Shown here: piece after piece, positions 19,901-30,073 of the stretch
Numbering within the stretch: position 1 is the stretch's first letter
How the letters are laid out: every line of letters starts with the position of its first letter
Source of the DNA: a virus
Taxonomy: Duplodnaviria; Caudoviricetes
Virus record (IMG/VR): IMGVR_UViG_3300035498_000575
Location: 1 to 64,000 of that record
DNA: 64,000 nt
Reading direction: 5' to 3' (one strand)
Made by a program: the position numbers and the translations under genes
Notes under the pieces: model-generated
The model's input: only the letters and a program-made list of their open reading frames with translations
Databases searched by the model: none
Told to the model about the DNA's origin: nothing

Positions 19901-20330
19901 CTTTTAAAGCATTGTCAGAGAATACTTTCACGTCAATACTTTCAACTTCATGTGCTAGTGTCATAACTTCACTGTTTTCTTTAGACATATCTGCAGACTT
20001 CTTTGCTGTTTCAGCTTGAGCTTTAACGTCAGCTTCAATAGCATTAAGTTTCTCAACGAAACTATTTAAGTTAAACTGTCTTGCGTCTAACTCCTTAAAT
20101 GTGTTGATAATGAGTTCTGCCTTTGTTACTGCAGAATCAATAACATCATCATCAACTTCGAAACCACTCTCAATCATACCTTCCCAGTATTGAACGTCCA
20201 GAATGTACTTTTGGATTCTAGCATCTTGCTCGGATATAGAGCTACAAACATCATTAGTAAACTCTTTTAGTTCGTTCATTCTACCTTTTAGCTCGAGGGC
20301 TTCCTTCATAACATCAATACGTGTATTCAT
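16992..20330 (-). CDS. Large acidic protein with three Cys-cluster (EndoIII FCL-like) repeats
   Basis: GGAGGT RBS before MNTRID; C-x6-C-x2-C-x5-C twice plus one C-x8 variant. Confidence 0.7.
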   Translation of the reverse strand: MNTRIDVMKEALELKGRMNELKEFTNDVCSSISEQDARIQKYILDVQYWEGMIESGFEVDDDVIDSAVTKAELIINTFKELDARQFNLNSFVEKLNAIEADVKAQAETAKKSADMSKENSEVMTLAHEVESIDVKVFSDNALKVIEIFDRYNDYNPTSPTDPDSDDIDDADDDIDDNTELNEDDGLEVEYSSEAVIEDKAPDIVEETEDVPEEADEIDLEHLTEITKAEIADASNDIEFTKDWSVTDFETFVCSNELIMYNCSVCPFDGKCGNDGCTSTGNQHHNNAISIDEIKSIYCEYLFAVSGNNDLALGEFPYEDDASQDYIDGFCKEHKLACGDCPYNDICENEESYSKSTKCEEGSLESLIKEASNNDDECFPYVEHKSQEYIDAYCDEHTPYCTECPYASECEDYDEDDTPDSEDEGDDLDDVTLEDIINEDHDPKWDTIVLNNEYEDKSLYDITNARRSKILSRISEKASYTADDEGVYEIGDPIAITKEVSREIPLGSVAKREILTDIKEFRAAMHSFGLSLHEQGFDIDIDLDDVLLVSTSLDDEILFKHVESIERYFKFIDDKEKLIMLYATADTINDIPSNMTIEAHDILNEYRELIEKLNSEKYLIPFIDAILEVVSSDSTNDPSTTDEEALEESTNTSNDPADKYEDFQELIDDSKNSDWWRIDRIFTGSVINENCSLEVIDRIPTSEEFENKFRIIYRIDLYNTINESVFKNIQQELANAYKAVENTAMMKYGEALPILYYATMLQYTMVTVDDDTINELEKNVIMLANCDEAKLNSVITQEGTIEFINVLTKDLLRDYKELTTERENEFMVNVFSDVADVTNVEEKAKNVVIGQPNGQHTQISTDVDDDQIWSDLADLYDKTVFELICNVKKNTEAYDVCTVLNKYVKNSNIMDSPYLRHIPRLAASNILSSVSGQTNLSKIAEVVSIATGYTLRTDVIRDYIKYSCCACDQLDSINSDDETSVNNGIGRMYKKGMADDMDIMLDALPEKYDKSMTENEQENMIYDYICDIFMNEEYKKLSGNNISKFVKKIKERYDMSLAALMVADNIIRIIDRLDNDATEFNDFTNPRDRKTVYMGTTFMTLLIGKAKQLQASK

Positions 20331-20393
20331 ACATGTACCTCCTATAAAAATTAAATTTAGCATATATTCTTCCATGATTCATTTGAATCGATA

Positions 20394-20406
20394 TTATAAT
20401 ATATAA
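20394..20406 (-). promoter_or_regulatory. Early-type phage promoter TTATATATTATAA (representative copy)
   Basis: Same 12-13-mer found upstream of at least eight transcription units, in the sense orientation. Confidence 0.7.
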
Positions 20407-20463
20407 CTGTTTTCGGTGTTTAAAAAATGAAACAACGGAGTTTTCCGTTGTTTCATTACATCA

Positions 20464-21354
20464 TTATGAACCATATATTCTGTATAATATAGTTAGGTCC
20501 TTTAATAAAGCTAGGTGCTCAGTAGGGATATTAAGTCTACTAAACATCTTAATTAGCGCATAGTCATCTTCACTAGGCACGTAAATACCTGTATATAGTG
20601 CTATTGTATTGAATCTAACTTCTTCTATATTATAGCGAACGTCAAACCATTCCTTTAAATCTGTAGGCTTAATCTTCAATTCGAGTTCAATATATGATTC
20701 GATTTCGTTAGATGAGTCAGATGTGAATGTTTCACCACTTAGTTCAGGTCCATCTACGTTTATATCTCCGCTCTTCCATTGATGACGGATTGTTGGATCA
20801 GTCTCAAACTTCTTTAGATAGTAAGCCTTACGTTCTTCACCGTTCATAAGCACAGACTTCTTACCAAAGTACATTGTAGCTTCTGATTCCTCTAGTGTTT
20901 CATTAGTATATCTTAATGGAAGCATCTCTGGAATAGCGGTTTCTCTGTACTTTAAATCTAGTACAGTATAACCGTTCTCTGCTGCTCCTCCTAGTCCTAC
21001 ACCCCATAAGCACACACAGTGACCATATGGGTATGGACTATCATTAGTAGTATACTTTTGTGCACCAATACCCATAACACTAGCATCGTTTAGATAACCA
21101 ATAGCATTGGTAATACTGTCAGGACCAGTTACATTAAAAAGCTGCTCGAATGTGTATTGTACGCCACCAATAGGAACTATATTCTCAGCTTCAAATATAA
21201 CCTCTCCCAATTGACTAACACCATACTTGTCAATAGTCTTATCATAACCACCAATAATCTTTGTTCTCTTCCATAATGTCTTTTGCTTTCCAGCTTCTGT
21301 GCTCATGCCTTCATTGAACGCAAAACTGTCCTTAACCTTCATTTCTTTACTCAT
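20464..21354 (-). CDS. Putative baseplate/tail structural protein
   Basis: Directly downstream of the wedge-like gene; YYLKKFE, RFNTIALYTG, LFSRLN-like segments as in jumbo-phage structural proteins. Confidence 0.5.
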   Translation of the reverse strand: MSKEMKVKDSFAFNEGMSTEAGKQKTLWKRTKIIGGYDKTIDKYGVSQLGEVIFEAENIVPIGGVQYTFEQLFNVTGPDSITNAIGYLNDASVMGIGAQKYTTNDSPYPYGHCVCLWGVGLGGAAENGYTVLDLKYRETAIPEMLPLRYTNETLEESEATMYFGKKSVLMNGEERKAYYLKKFETDPTIRHQWKSGDINVDGPELSGETFTSDSSNEIESYIELELKIKPTDLKEWFDVRYNIEEVRFNTIALYTGIYVPSEDDYALIKMFSRLNIPTEHLALLKDLTILYRIYGS

Positions 21355-21374
21355 TTATATCCACTCCATTCATA

Positions 21375-23705
21375 TTAGTATACCATTCTACATGTATCTC
21401 TAAAGTTTAAATTATCTTTCGTAACAGCAGCCTTTATATCTGTTCTTATTTTATCATCCGTATTCAACACTTCAGGATTAATAAGTCGTGAATGAACAAA
21501 TACGCTATCATCATATGAGAAATTAAAGTACTCTTTAGGGATTATAGTTTTATCAATCTTCTGTATACGATCGATTAACCTAAGTAAAAGTTCAGGTTTC
21601 CAATTTAAAATATAAATAATATCAAATTTCACCAAGTCTGTAGTATATGACTTAAAAAACTTTACTAATGAAATCAACGCTTCTTGTACAGGACTTGTAT
21701 CATCTGTAGATATATGAATATAATCTACATTGGTAAATACTGAGCATAATTTATATATCAAATGCTGAATGTACTTATATAAATCTGATTTACTAGCATT
21801 GCTAATTATAGAATAAAGTTTATAGTTAGCATACTTTAGATAATCTAAATATGTAGTTGGTACATATCCATTTACAGTAAATGACTTTATGTTTTCATCC
21901 TTGATATAGATCGTCTCGTATAACTTTCTATATGCTCTGTATTCTTCTATATCTTGTGTGGTCGCCATCTTGTCTACTAAATAGTCCATTAGTCCTATAT
22001 GATTATCATATACTTGATTTAGGGTTTCCTTACTCACGCATTCAATAGGAACTACCGCAGCTAGTATTCTATTTGTACCATCAGGGTATAACGCCTGTGA
22101 ATAGAAGGGATTATCAGCGACCATCTGCTGTATTACATTCCAGTCAAGATCAAAATTAAAACCTAAAATATGAAGTATCTGACTTGGCTCATATAGAATA
22201 TTACCCTTCATGTTATGATACTTACATATAGCAGCACATAGTGCTACAGTAGCATCAAATATAGTGACAGGTTCTGTTGAATTTGTGACCTTAGATATCT
22301 CAATAGTAACTAAGTCCTGTAATTCATCCTTCTTATCAAATATCATATTGATAAGATAAACAGACTCAAACATGATTTCACTTAACCTATAGGACATCTC
22401 AAGTCCAAGATATTTACTTTCATAATAATTATATTCAGTTTCATACAACTGCTCATATAAAGCTTTATCTTCTTCATACCAGAACGGATCACCTGATGTT
22501 ACATCATCATATTCGCATCTATTACTCTTATTGATTATAGCTCGTCTAAAATCAGCTTCGTCTAGAGGAATCTTGGAGAAGTAAACATCATACATCTGTT
22601 TCAAGTCCTCATTACCATCTTCATCATATATCGTTATTGGTAGACCTTTGCTATCTATTAGACGATCTTTCATCAAATAATATTTGTATATCTTTAATCG
22701 ATCATATCCCAATAATGACGAGACATCGAATAATGTAGTATTAGTACCTTTATTGAGTACTAATATGTTTAGATATTGAGTTATGGCTTTTTGGTAATCG
22801 CTATCCAATTGGTCATGATAAGGAACACCGTATACTGAGTATAATAGTTTAGTACAATATGAATCATAATACTCACGTCTCAATGATGTTTTTATCAATC
22901 TTGCAAATGTTTGAGTAATTGCGTGAAGCATGATAATCATAGCTATGAAATTATCATAATAAGATATGACGTCACGAAGTTCAGGTACAAATATGGTTGT
23001 TACAACATATTCTCTACACTGGTCATATATATTACTAAATCTCTCAAGTAAGGTTCTATTATCTATCAAAGGAACTTTTATCAATGCATAGTCTTTAGAT
23101 CTACGTGCAGTAACAAGACTGATCTTATCATCACCAAGAAATTTCAAATACGTTTTATCAGGGTACTTTTCAATCAAGTCATCAATTATACCATTTCCTT
23201 CTAGAAGCATTATTGTAGCGTCAGATTGCTTATGCAAGGGTATGCTTGAATCTAGTCCATACTTATCACACACTGCTTGATCAACATATATAACGTCATC
23301 TTCAACCACTTTACCATTAGAATCTAGCGGTGGTAAACCTATCATCTCACGATAATAATTATTCGGTTCATCATATTCCTCTATAATCTTCTTTCTTTTC
23401 AACTCTAAAAGAATGTCGTGATATTCTTCTGGTATATTTCTACGGTCTTCTTCATATGCCTCTAATCTATCAGGGTCAGTTATTAATCCAACTATGTTTG
23501 CTTCTGGGCTCAATAACAACTCTGGTTCGTAATGCAAATGTGTATAGAAGTTATCAGCCTCCAGTAATGCATCCATGTATTTATCCGCTGCCATAGTCAT
23601 TTCAAGCGTTTCGTTTTCAAGTTCTTTATATTTGTATTTTATTACAGAATTCGAAATTATATCCAATATATAATCGTGCATATTGGATAAAGGGTTAATT
23701 GCCAT
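21375..23705 (-). CDS. Putative baseplate wedge subunit
   Basis: EPNNYYREMIGLPP, YSVYGVPY, ILVLNKGT wedge-like KGT motif; late-type promoter at 23727-23738. Confidence 0.55.
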   Translation of the reverse strand: MAINPLSNMHDYILDIISNSVIKYKYKELENETLEMTMAADKYMDALLEADNFYTHLHYEPELLLSPEANIVGLITDPDRLEAYEEDRRNIPEEYHDILLELKRKKIIEEYDEPNNYYREMIGLPPLDSNGKVVEDDVIYVDQAVCDKYGLDSSIPLHKQSDATIMLLEGNGIIDDLIEKYPDKTYLKFLGDDKISLVTARRSKDYALIKVPLIDNRTLLERFSNIYDQCREYVVTTIFVPELRDVISYYDNFIAMIIMLHAITQTFARLIKTSLRREYYDSYCTKLLYSVYGVPYHDQLDSDYQKAITQYLNILVLNKGTNTTLFDVSSLLGYDRLKIYKYYLMKDRLIDSKGLPITIYDEDGNEDLKQMYDVYFSKIPLDEADFRRAIINKSNRCEYDDVTSGDPFWYEEDKALYEQLYETEYNYYESKYLGLEMSYRLSEIMFESVYLINMIFDKKDELQDLVTIEISKVTNSTEPVTIFDATVALCAAICKYHNMKGNILYEPSQILHILGFNFDLDWNVIQQMVADNPFYSQALYPDGTNRILAAVVPIECVSKETLNQVYDNHIGLMDYLVDKMATTQDIEEYRAYRKLYETIYIKDENIKSFTVNGYVPTTYLDYLKYANYKLYSIISNASKSDLYKYIQHLIYKLCSVFTNVDYIHISTDDTSPVQEALISLVKFFKSYTTDLVKFDIIYILNWKPELLLRLIDRIQKIDKTIIPKEYFNFSYDDSVFVHSRLINPEVLNTDDKIRTDIKAAVTKDNLNFRDTCRMVY

Positions 23706-23782
23706 TAAAATCACTCCCTCCGTTTTTAAAATAGTGTTTTCTACAATTATTTAATTTAACTTTAACAAAGGAGGAAATATGT

Positions 23783-24436
23783 ATGGCTAAAAATTTACCA
23801 GGCATAAACTATTCAAATGATAAGTCTAATCCTACCATAGATTCTGACAATTCATTTTTTCTCATTCCATTTTATAAGGATGATGATTTCTTAAATAATT
23901 TTGAGTCATATAATCAATTCATAAAACATTGTGAACGTATGATTAGAACTAGTAAAAGATATAGAAATTATATCTCGTATTTAAAAAATGACGTTGGATT
24001 ACATAGTTGTCAGGTATTTGAGGATGTTACCGATCTTGATGGGAAAAGAGGATGTATAGAAATGCATCATGGTCCAATTTTTACTCTGTATGACTACTGT
24101 GCAATAGTCATAGAATATTACAGACTCAAAAAAATGAAGATAACCACTTTTCGAATCGTAGACACTGTGTTAGCTGAGCATGAAGCTAATCATGTTCAAG
24201 TAGTAATGTTGTCCAAAACTGCTCACCAAGAAGTGCATAATAGAAATATCTTCTTGAACTATAAACAGGGATTTGGTGATCTATCAGCGTTTATAAAAAA
24301 ATATCATAACGCTCTATCGAGTTATTATAAAGACAAGATAAACAATTACATAGAACGATCATTACGTGAAGATAGTGATGATTATGATACATTCGAGTTC
24401 AACAAGAACTTGATTAAATCCATGGAGGGAAAATAA
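23783..24436 (+). CDS. HNH/His-Me-finger family protein, paralog 1
   Basis: IEMHHGPIFTLYD...VMLSKTAHQEVH. Confidence 0.6.
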   Translation: MAKNLPGINYSNDKSNPTIDSDNSFFLIPFYKDDDFLNNFESYNQFIKHCERMIRTSKRYRNYISYLKNDVGLHSCQVFEDVTDLDGKRGCIEMHHGPIFTLYDYCAIVIEYYRLKKMKITTFRIVDTVLAEHEANHVQVVMLSKTAHQEVHNRNIFLNYKQGFGDLSAFIKKYHNALSSYYKDKINNYIERSLREDSDDYDTFEFNKNLIKSMEGK

Positions 24437-24437
24437 T

Positions 24438-24860
24438 ATGCTATTGATAATTATAGTTTTATTTGTATTCTTGATAATATGCAACATATTCTTAATGAGG
24501 TATACAAAAAATAAATCTTTGTCTAGTACAACACAGGAAATAGACAAGTTATCCAATGATGCTAGACTACACTTTAGTAATGATTTATTACAATTCATTG
24601 ATAACCTCATATTAATTGAAATTAATAATAAACTCAAAGATGATTTAATACTACACAGGCGTATAGATGTTAGATCTGCAGACGAAATGGCTAAGGACAT
24701 ATCTGAAACAGTATTTAACGCGCTAGATAAAAACTTGTATAAAAATCAGAATGAGACAATATTGAATACTAACTATATAATGACATATATTACACGAAGA
24801 ACGTTATTAACGTTAATGACTGCCATCACAGAACATAATAGTACTGTACTAGCCGATTAA
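24438..24860 (+). CDS. Protein with an N-terminal membrane anchor
   Basis: MLLIIIVLFVFLIICNIFLM. Confidence 0.6.
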   Translation: MLLIIIVLFVFLIICNIFLMRYTKNKSLSSTTQEIDKLSNDARLHFSNDLLQFIDNLILIEINNKLKDDLILHRRIDVRSADEMAKDISETVFNALDKNLYKNQNETILNTNYIMTYITRRTLLTLMTAITEHNSTVLAD

Positions 24861-25636
24861 GCTAGTACAGTACTATCCATTGCAATTTTTAACATTGGTA
24901 TGATAATCTTTAAATAATTATAGGTTATATCAAGATTCTCTTTATCATCCTCATCATATGTCTCCATATCAAATTCTATTATTGCATCTGATTCAAGTTC
25001 TTCATATATACTTCTTACATCAAACGTTTTGTAATATTCGACCGATAACTTACGCTTTTTATACTTATTGATAAACTTCATTATCTTGTTGATAGAACGA
25101 GGATCTTTGTCTTCCATCATAATGAAGAATTTTCTAATAAACGACATCATACCATCTTTATGTTTTAAAAGCGTTTCGTCATCTATACCTTTAACATCTA
25201 TAGAGTCATTAACTCTGTCAAAGAAAAACTCAAGATGATCTATTCTCATGTAAGAGGAGTACACATTCTTTACTCTAAAATTTATGAATCCCTTTCTTGT
25301 AACATTACATTCTTTGAGAGTAAATATAGCATCCTTCCTGATATTAATAATATCATCATCTTCTAACATGTTAGATTCAAAGAAGAATTTTCTTGCCGAT
25401 ATAAATCCCTTCTTTAAATTTTCCTTGTATTCTTTATTATCTCTCTGATACATACCAATACTGATATGTCGATCCTTTTTATTCATTCGTCTTAATCTCT
25501 CTATATCTGAACTAGGCAATAATTTGAACTCTCTGGTTATATTGAATCCCGCAGACTCTATATCATATTCATATATATTCGTATCAAATACGGCAGATAT
25601 AGAGTTGTTAGTGTATCTGTCTAATTCATATAACAT
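24857..25636 (-). CDS. Family-B DNA polymerase palm-like protein (stand-alone or split subunit)
   Basis: YDIESAG (motif A-like), IRKDAIF (motif C-like), DVKGI (KG motif); no exonuclease domain. Confidence 0.55.
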   Translation of the reverse strand: MLYELDRYTNNSISAVFDTNIYEYDIESAGFNITREFKLLPSSDIERLRRMNKKDRHISIGMYQRDNKEYKENLKKGFISARKFFFESNMLEDDDIINIRKDAIFTLKECNVTRKGFINFRVKNVYSSYMRIDHLEFFFDRVNDSIDVKGIDDETLLKHKDGMMSFIRKFFIMMEDKDPRSINKIMKFINKYKKRKLSVEYYKTFDVRSIYEELESDAIIEFDMETYDEDDKENLDITYNYLKIIIPMLKIAMDSTVLA

Positions 25637-25699
25637 ATATTCCACTCCTTTTTTAACAAAAAATAAAGCTGCTATCTTAATTGATAGCAGCTTTTTAAT

Positions 25700-26500
25700 T
25701 TACTGCTCTTGCAGATACTTCATGATGTCAGCCATGTTTTTCTCAATAGTCTCTTCCTTTATGTTATCGGTACCGTAATACTCACTGAGTATCTCTATCA
25801 GTTCAATCTTATCATATACTGATTTTTTCTTCAGAGGTTTATCAACATACATCGGTAACGCATTAACCTCCTCCAACAACTCATTGAATGACATAGATTC
25901 CATATCACGAATACGTCTCTTATAATCAACTGCCCATGTATCTCGTCGGTTTTCTTTGTAAGCGCTTATAATCTTATTACAGCATTTCTTAACATGCTTT
26001 CTGTATTCTTTATCTGTCATAGCAGCTATATAAGATTCCTCATGTAATTTGTTCACGAATTTTATTTTTCCACGTTTATACAATACAGCTGGAAATCCCG
26101 TCTGGGTATACGCAAACTCGGCTATTATCTGAGAAAACTTATACTTCTTATTCTCTTCATCTCTGAAGACAAATATATATCTTCTATCAAGATGATTTCC
26201 TTCTAGACCTGATAAAACACACTCAGCTATGAAATTCTTACATACATGAGAGCCATCCAGTATAGTGATATATTCTGCGATATAATCTTCTTTATCATTA
26301 CCATTGACGTTATTAAAGTCTATCTCGGATAAACGATTAGCGTCAATGGTAAAATTCCTGCCGTTAATTATATTGCTATAAGAACCATTAATCCTCATAT
26401 TATATCCTACACCAATAATCACGTCATCATATAATTGCTCACCAGAAACCTCTTCTGCATAATACTCAATGAAGTCCCTCAAATCCATACATAAAATCAT
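25700..26500 (-). CDS. Hypothetical protein
   Basis: Long ORF within a minus-strand operon. Confidence 0.6.
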   Translation of the reverse strand: MILCMDLRDFIEYYAEEVSGEQLYDDVIIGVGYNMRINGSYSNIINGRNFTIDANRLSEIDFNNVNGNDKEDYIAEYITILDGSHVCKNFIAECVLSGLEGNHLDRRYIFVFRDEENKKYKFSQIIAEFAYTQTGFPAVLYKRGKIKFVNKLHEESYIAAMTDKEYRKHVKKCCNKIISAYKENRRDTWAVDYKRRIRDMESMSFNELLEEVNALPMYVDKPLKKKSVYDKIELIEILSEYYGTDNIKEETIEKNMADIMKYLQEQ

Positions 26501-26515
26501 GTATTATCACCATCC

Positions 26516-27301
26516 TTAAAGTATCTCAGTCGTCTCACCATCTTTACTACTGAGAGTCATTACATTATCAGGCATAGGCGATTCTCCATCAAGGATAGCT
26601 TGGTCTTTAGATGTCAGTAATCTTGCAAGCTCTGCAAACTTATATGAATAGTTACAGTCCATACAAGCTGCTTCAGTTCCATTCTTAGTTGGGAATAGCG
26701 AATTCTTACGACCACATCTAGGACATCCTTTAATGTCACGATACTCATAGATGTAAGCAAAGTCAAGAATTACATAATTCTTTTCACCAGCTCTGTCAAT
26801 TCTCTTTCCCCAGTTATTGCAGTTCTTTGTTGTAATACCGACATCCCCAAGAAGGAACTTAGAACCTACTTCTTTTAACACAAGTTCTTCAGATTGCTGA
26901 ATTATATTCTTGTGTTTAGAGAACTCCTCTGTAGTTATAACATCTACATACTCTGTTACAAGTATAGTACCATACTTGTTTATCTCATATACATTAACAA
27001 CATATGGTCTTAATCTTGGAAAATAACAAAACTCATGTACATTGTCTATTCTACCTTCATCGTCTAAAGCTATCTTGAATGCGAACATACCAAATTGAAT
27101 TCCAATACGATTAGTTCCTGAACCTAGTACACGGAACTTAACGCCAGAATCCTCTAAAACCTTCTCGATAGCTCTTTTCTTAACCTCTGAGCTTCCTCTC
27201 AATGCTATTATGAAGTTTAGCTTTTCCTCTGTCTTTTTATCAATAAACCTAGTTACTATAGGTACTATAGTCTTTGGTTGTTGTGTGTTTTGATTTGCCA
27301 T
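26516..27301 (-). CDS. Protein-kinase-like protein with C-terminal Zn ribbon
   Basis: LGSGTNR (Gly loop), FAFKI, NVHEF, LVTEYV, GDV...NWG, VILDFAY; CPRC...CMDC. Confidence 0.7.
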   Translation of the reverse strand: MANQNTQQPKTIVPIVTRFIDKKTEEKLNFIIALRGSSEVKKRAIEKVLEDSGVKFRVLGSGTNRIGIQFGMFAFKIALDDEGRIDNVHEFCYFPRLRPYVVNVYEINKYGTILVTEYVDVITTEEFSKHKNIIQQSEELVLKEVGSKFLLGDVGITTKNCNNWGKRIDRAGEKNYVILDFAYIYEYRDIKGCPRCGRKNSLFPTKNGTEAACMDCNYSYKFAELARLLTSKDQAILDGESPMPDNVMTLSSKDGETTEIL

Positions 27302-27418
27302 AATTTATCCTCCTAAATATGGTTGTATACTTACTTAGTTCATATAATTATTGAATCGGAAAGTGTGTGGGTGTCCGATTCAATGCTTATTTACAAACTT
27401 GTTTAACAAAGTGGCTTT

Positions 27419-29974
27419 TTACAATATATAACGTGGAACAACTGAATCTTCTTCTGAGATGCCCCACTTATTGGTTGGTTTCTTCTTTTTCTTACCGCTT
27501 GATTTAGAGCTATTACTGAACATGACACTTGTGTCATTTTTGTCTGCTGATACAGCGCTCTCAATAGACTCCATATACTTATTCATGGATTCTCTATTAC
27601 CTTTTTCGCTTATTTCCGAAATATCAGCAATATTATCCATTACTTTGCTTCCTAAAGCAGTCAGTGTGCTAATGTCGCCGAGTGTTACAGTACCTAGAGT
27701 TTTATTTGCTAGAGCTTTCTGGTCGTCGGTTCTCTCTCTATCCTTTAGCTTCTTCTTATGATATTTTCTCTGTGCTTGTACATACTTTCTTGGTCCGTCT
27801 GGCACATCAACATCAAAATCTTCTAGGTCTACTTTCTTACTCTTAGTCTTACCTTTAGTCTCAGCCTCTTCGCTTAGCATTTCATTTGTTATAGCCTTCA
27901 AACCATCGCAGGTTCTTATAAAGTCAGCTGTCGCGAATGTGGATATACAAGTTCCGCCATCATAGACATTTTGCTTACGTGGGTCGAATCGTTTAGCATC
28001 AACGTCTTCAATGAATCCTTGTTTAACCATCTTCTTCTTTGCTATCTTAGAGACTATCTCGTATCTACTTAATCTCTTTCCTGTCTTCTCATCGTAGAAC
28101 CAATGTGGTACACAGCCTGTGATTACAGCTCTATTGAATTCTTCAACCGAGCTATCCCAAACAGCTCTAGCATATAACTGAGCATCCTTCTTGCTTCTAC
28201 CCTTAGTACCAAAGCCATATCTAGCCATATATGAATGTGACTCAAGAAGTTCTTCAGCAAATTTCTCAGCTTCGTAATAGGTTTCGTGTAACTTACGATT
28301 CATAGCTCCAGAACGAGCCTTACAGAATTCAGCATACATTTCTACTACATATGGGTCGTTGCTTAATGCCATCTTACTGAAGTCGATGCCACGTTCTTTC
28401 ATACCCTTCCATAGTTTCTTAGTTTCTTTCGAATCTAGTTGTCTTACGAAGGATATACAATTACGTGCTTCTTCTGCTGTCTGAGGCCAATGGGTCTCAC
28501 TTGGTTCATATGGAACGTTAGTTGGATGAATTAATTCAGCTAGTTTGCGTTCTTCTTCACGCTTCTTAGTTACCCATTCTTCGATGTCGATATCCAGATT
28601 AGTAACGACCTTTTCAATCTCCTTAGGTGTTATAGTAGTAACGTCATAATAGTCTTTCTCAGTAGCAGCAACACCGCTTGTATAAGACTGAACCATTATC
28701 CTGCTACCTTTACCTTCAGATATTGCACGGATACCTTCCTTATGAGCTTTCTTAATTCTCTTCTTTAGCTTCTTTAGTTTCTTTTCAGATTTACCCTTCT
28801 TCTTAGCTAATTCATAATCTTGAATAGCTTTCTTCTCTGAGGTAAACATTATAGACTCGGAACCTAGAAGAGCGTGTCCCATATATTTAGGTATCGTTAC
28901 GCCCGGATATGTTATTTTGCCACTCATCATTGCTTTATATATTTGCTTACCATTTGTGAAACCTAGAGGATTTCTCACCCTACAAGTTCCATCAATGTAT
29001 CTTGTGTCAGTACAAGCTTTTAACGAGTTGCTAAACTCAGCAGAATACAAAAACTTACCCCAGCAGCACACATATAAATCTCTTAATGCTGACATATAAC
29101 TAACCATATTATTACAGTTAGCTGGTAACGATTTCATCTTCTGTGAAATCTGATATAACATCATGTCATCCTCATTCTTGATAAGACGAAGATTTGGATA
29201 TACTGAAGCAGCATCATCCACGAAGTTATAGTTTGATATTACAACCTCTTTATCGTCTAATCCCTCAAATAGAACTCCACAACGTTGTTCTCTTATTTTG
29301 TCACATTGCTCTTTGTTTGCTTCAAAATCAAAACAACCATTAGCAATCTCCTCCATGATAGTCTCTTCGTCTGTTAAACACATACCCTTTGTGTCAAATG
29401 ACTCATAAGCATCTACTAGTTCTTTTCTTATTCTGAATAAGTTACTAGTTTGGTTTCTAACAACTTTTGCTTCTTGGATATTACCTTTTATTTCAAACTC
29501 TGGAATACCATTATGTGCTGAGTCAAGAGAAAGTATGTCTTCCATTCTGCCAGTAATAAATGCTGATTGTCTTTGCTTCTTGGTCATTGAATAGAAGTTA
29601 ACTGATGAAGGGTCATCATTCTTCTCTTGTGGTAAAGTACCTGCATTGAAGTTCACCATAGGTTTATTCTTGTTCTCTTCAAGCATAGGTTCTGCACCAT
29701 TAATACGGATTAAAGTTTGTCCATTAGGGAATAATAAATTCTCCAAGGAAACCTCTTCCTTAACTTTTGACACGGTTCTGGCAGCTTCTTCAACACTGTC
29801 TTTATTAACATTTGCACTAACCCTACTCTTGGCATACTCACTCTTTTTACTGAATGATATAATCGGTTGGCTCGATGTACTTTCTCCAGAACCTTGTTGT
29901 TCTTGTTGCTTTTTCGTTTGACTAGCTCTAAGAACTTCTATTCTTCTTTTTCTTTCTTCTGGTGTAAGACTCAT
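27419..29974 (-). CDS. Large Lys-rich hypothetical protein
   Basis: GGAGGT RBS before MSLTPEE; early-type motif at 30050-30062. Confidence 0.65.
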   Translation of the reverse strand: MSLTPEERKRRIEVLRASQTKKQQEQQGSGESTSSQPIISFSKKSEYAKSRVSANVNKDSVEEAARTVSKVKEEVSLENLLFPNGQTLIRINGAEPMLEENKNKPMVNFNAGTLPQEKNDDPSSVNFYSMTKKQRQSAFITGRMEDILSLDSAHNGIPEFEIKGNIQEAKVVRNQTSNLFRIRKELVDAYESFDTKGMCLTDEETIMEEIANGCFDFEANKEQCDKIREQRCGVLFEGLDDKEVVISNYNFVDDAASVYPNLRLIKNEDDMMLYQISQKMKSLPANCNNMVSYMSALRDLYVCCWGKFLYSAEFSNSLKACTDTRYIDGTCRVRNPLGFTNGKQIYKAMMSGKITYPGVTIPKYMGHALLGSESIMFTSEKKAIQDYELAKKKGKSEKKLKKLKKRIKKAHKEGIRAISEGKGSRIMVQSYTSGVAATEKDYYDVTTITPKEIEKVVTNLDIDIEEWVTKKREEERKLAELIHPTNVPYEPSETHWPQTAEEARNCISFVRQLDSKETKKLWKGMKERGIDFSKMALSNDPYVVEMYAEFCKARSGAMNRKLHETYYEAEKFAEELLESHSYMARYGFGTKGRSKKDAQLYARAVWDSSVEEFNRAVITGCVPHWFYDEKTGKRLSRYEIVSKIAKKKMVKQGFIEDVDAKRFDPRKQNVYDGGTCISTFATADFIRTCDGLKAITNEMLSEEAETKGKTKSKKVDLEDFDVDVPDGPRKYVQAQRKYHKKKLKDRERTDDQKALANKTLGTVTLGDISTLTALGSKVMDNIADISEISEKGNRESMNKYMESIESAVSADKNDTSVMFSNSSKSSGKKKKKPTNKWGISEEDSVVPRYIL

Positions 29975-30073
29975 ATGAATACCTCCTAAATATTTTAAGC
30001 ATAGCATCTTGACTGTAATAACTTACAGTCAAGATTATTTTCTTCGGATTTATAATATATAATTATTTAGCCT

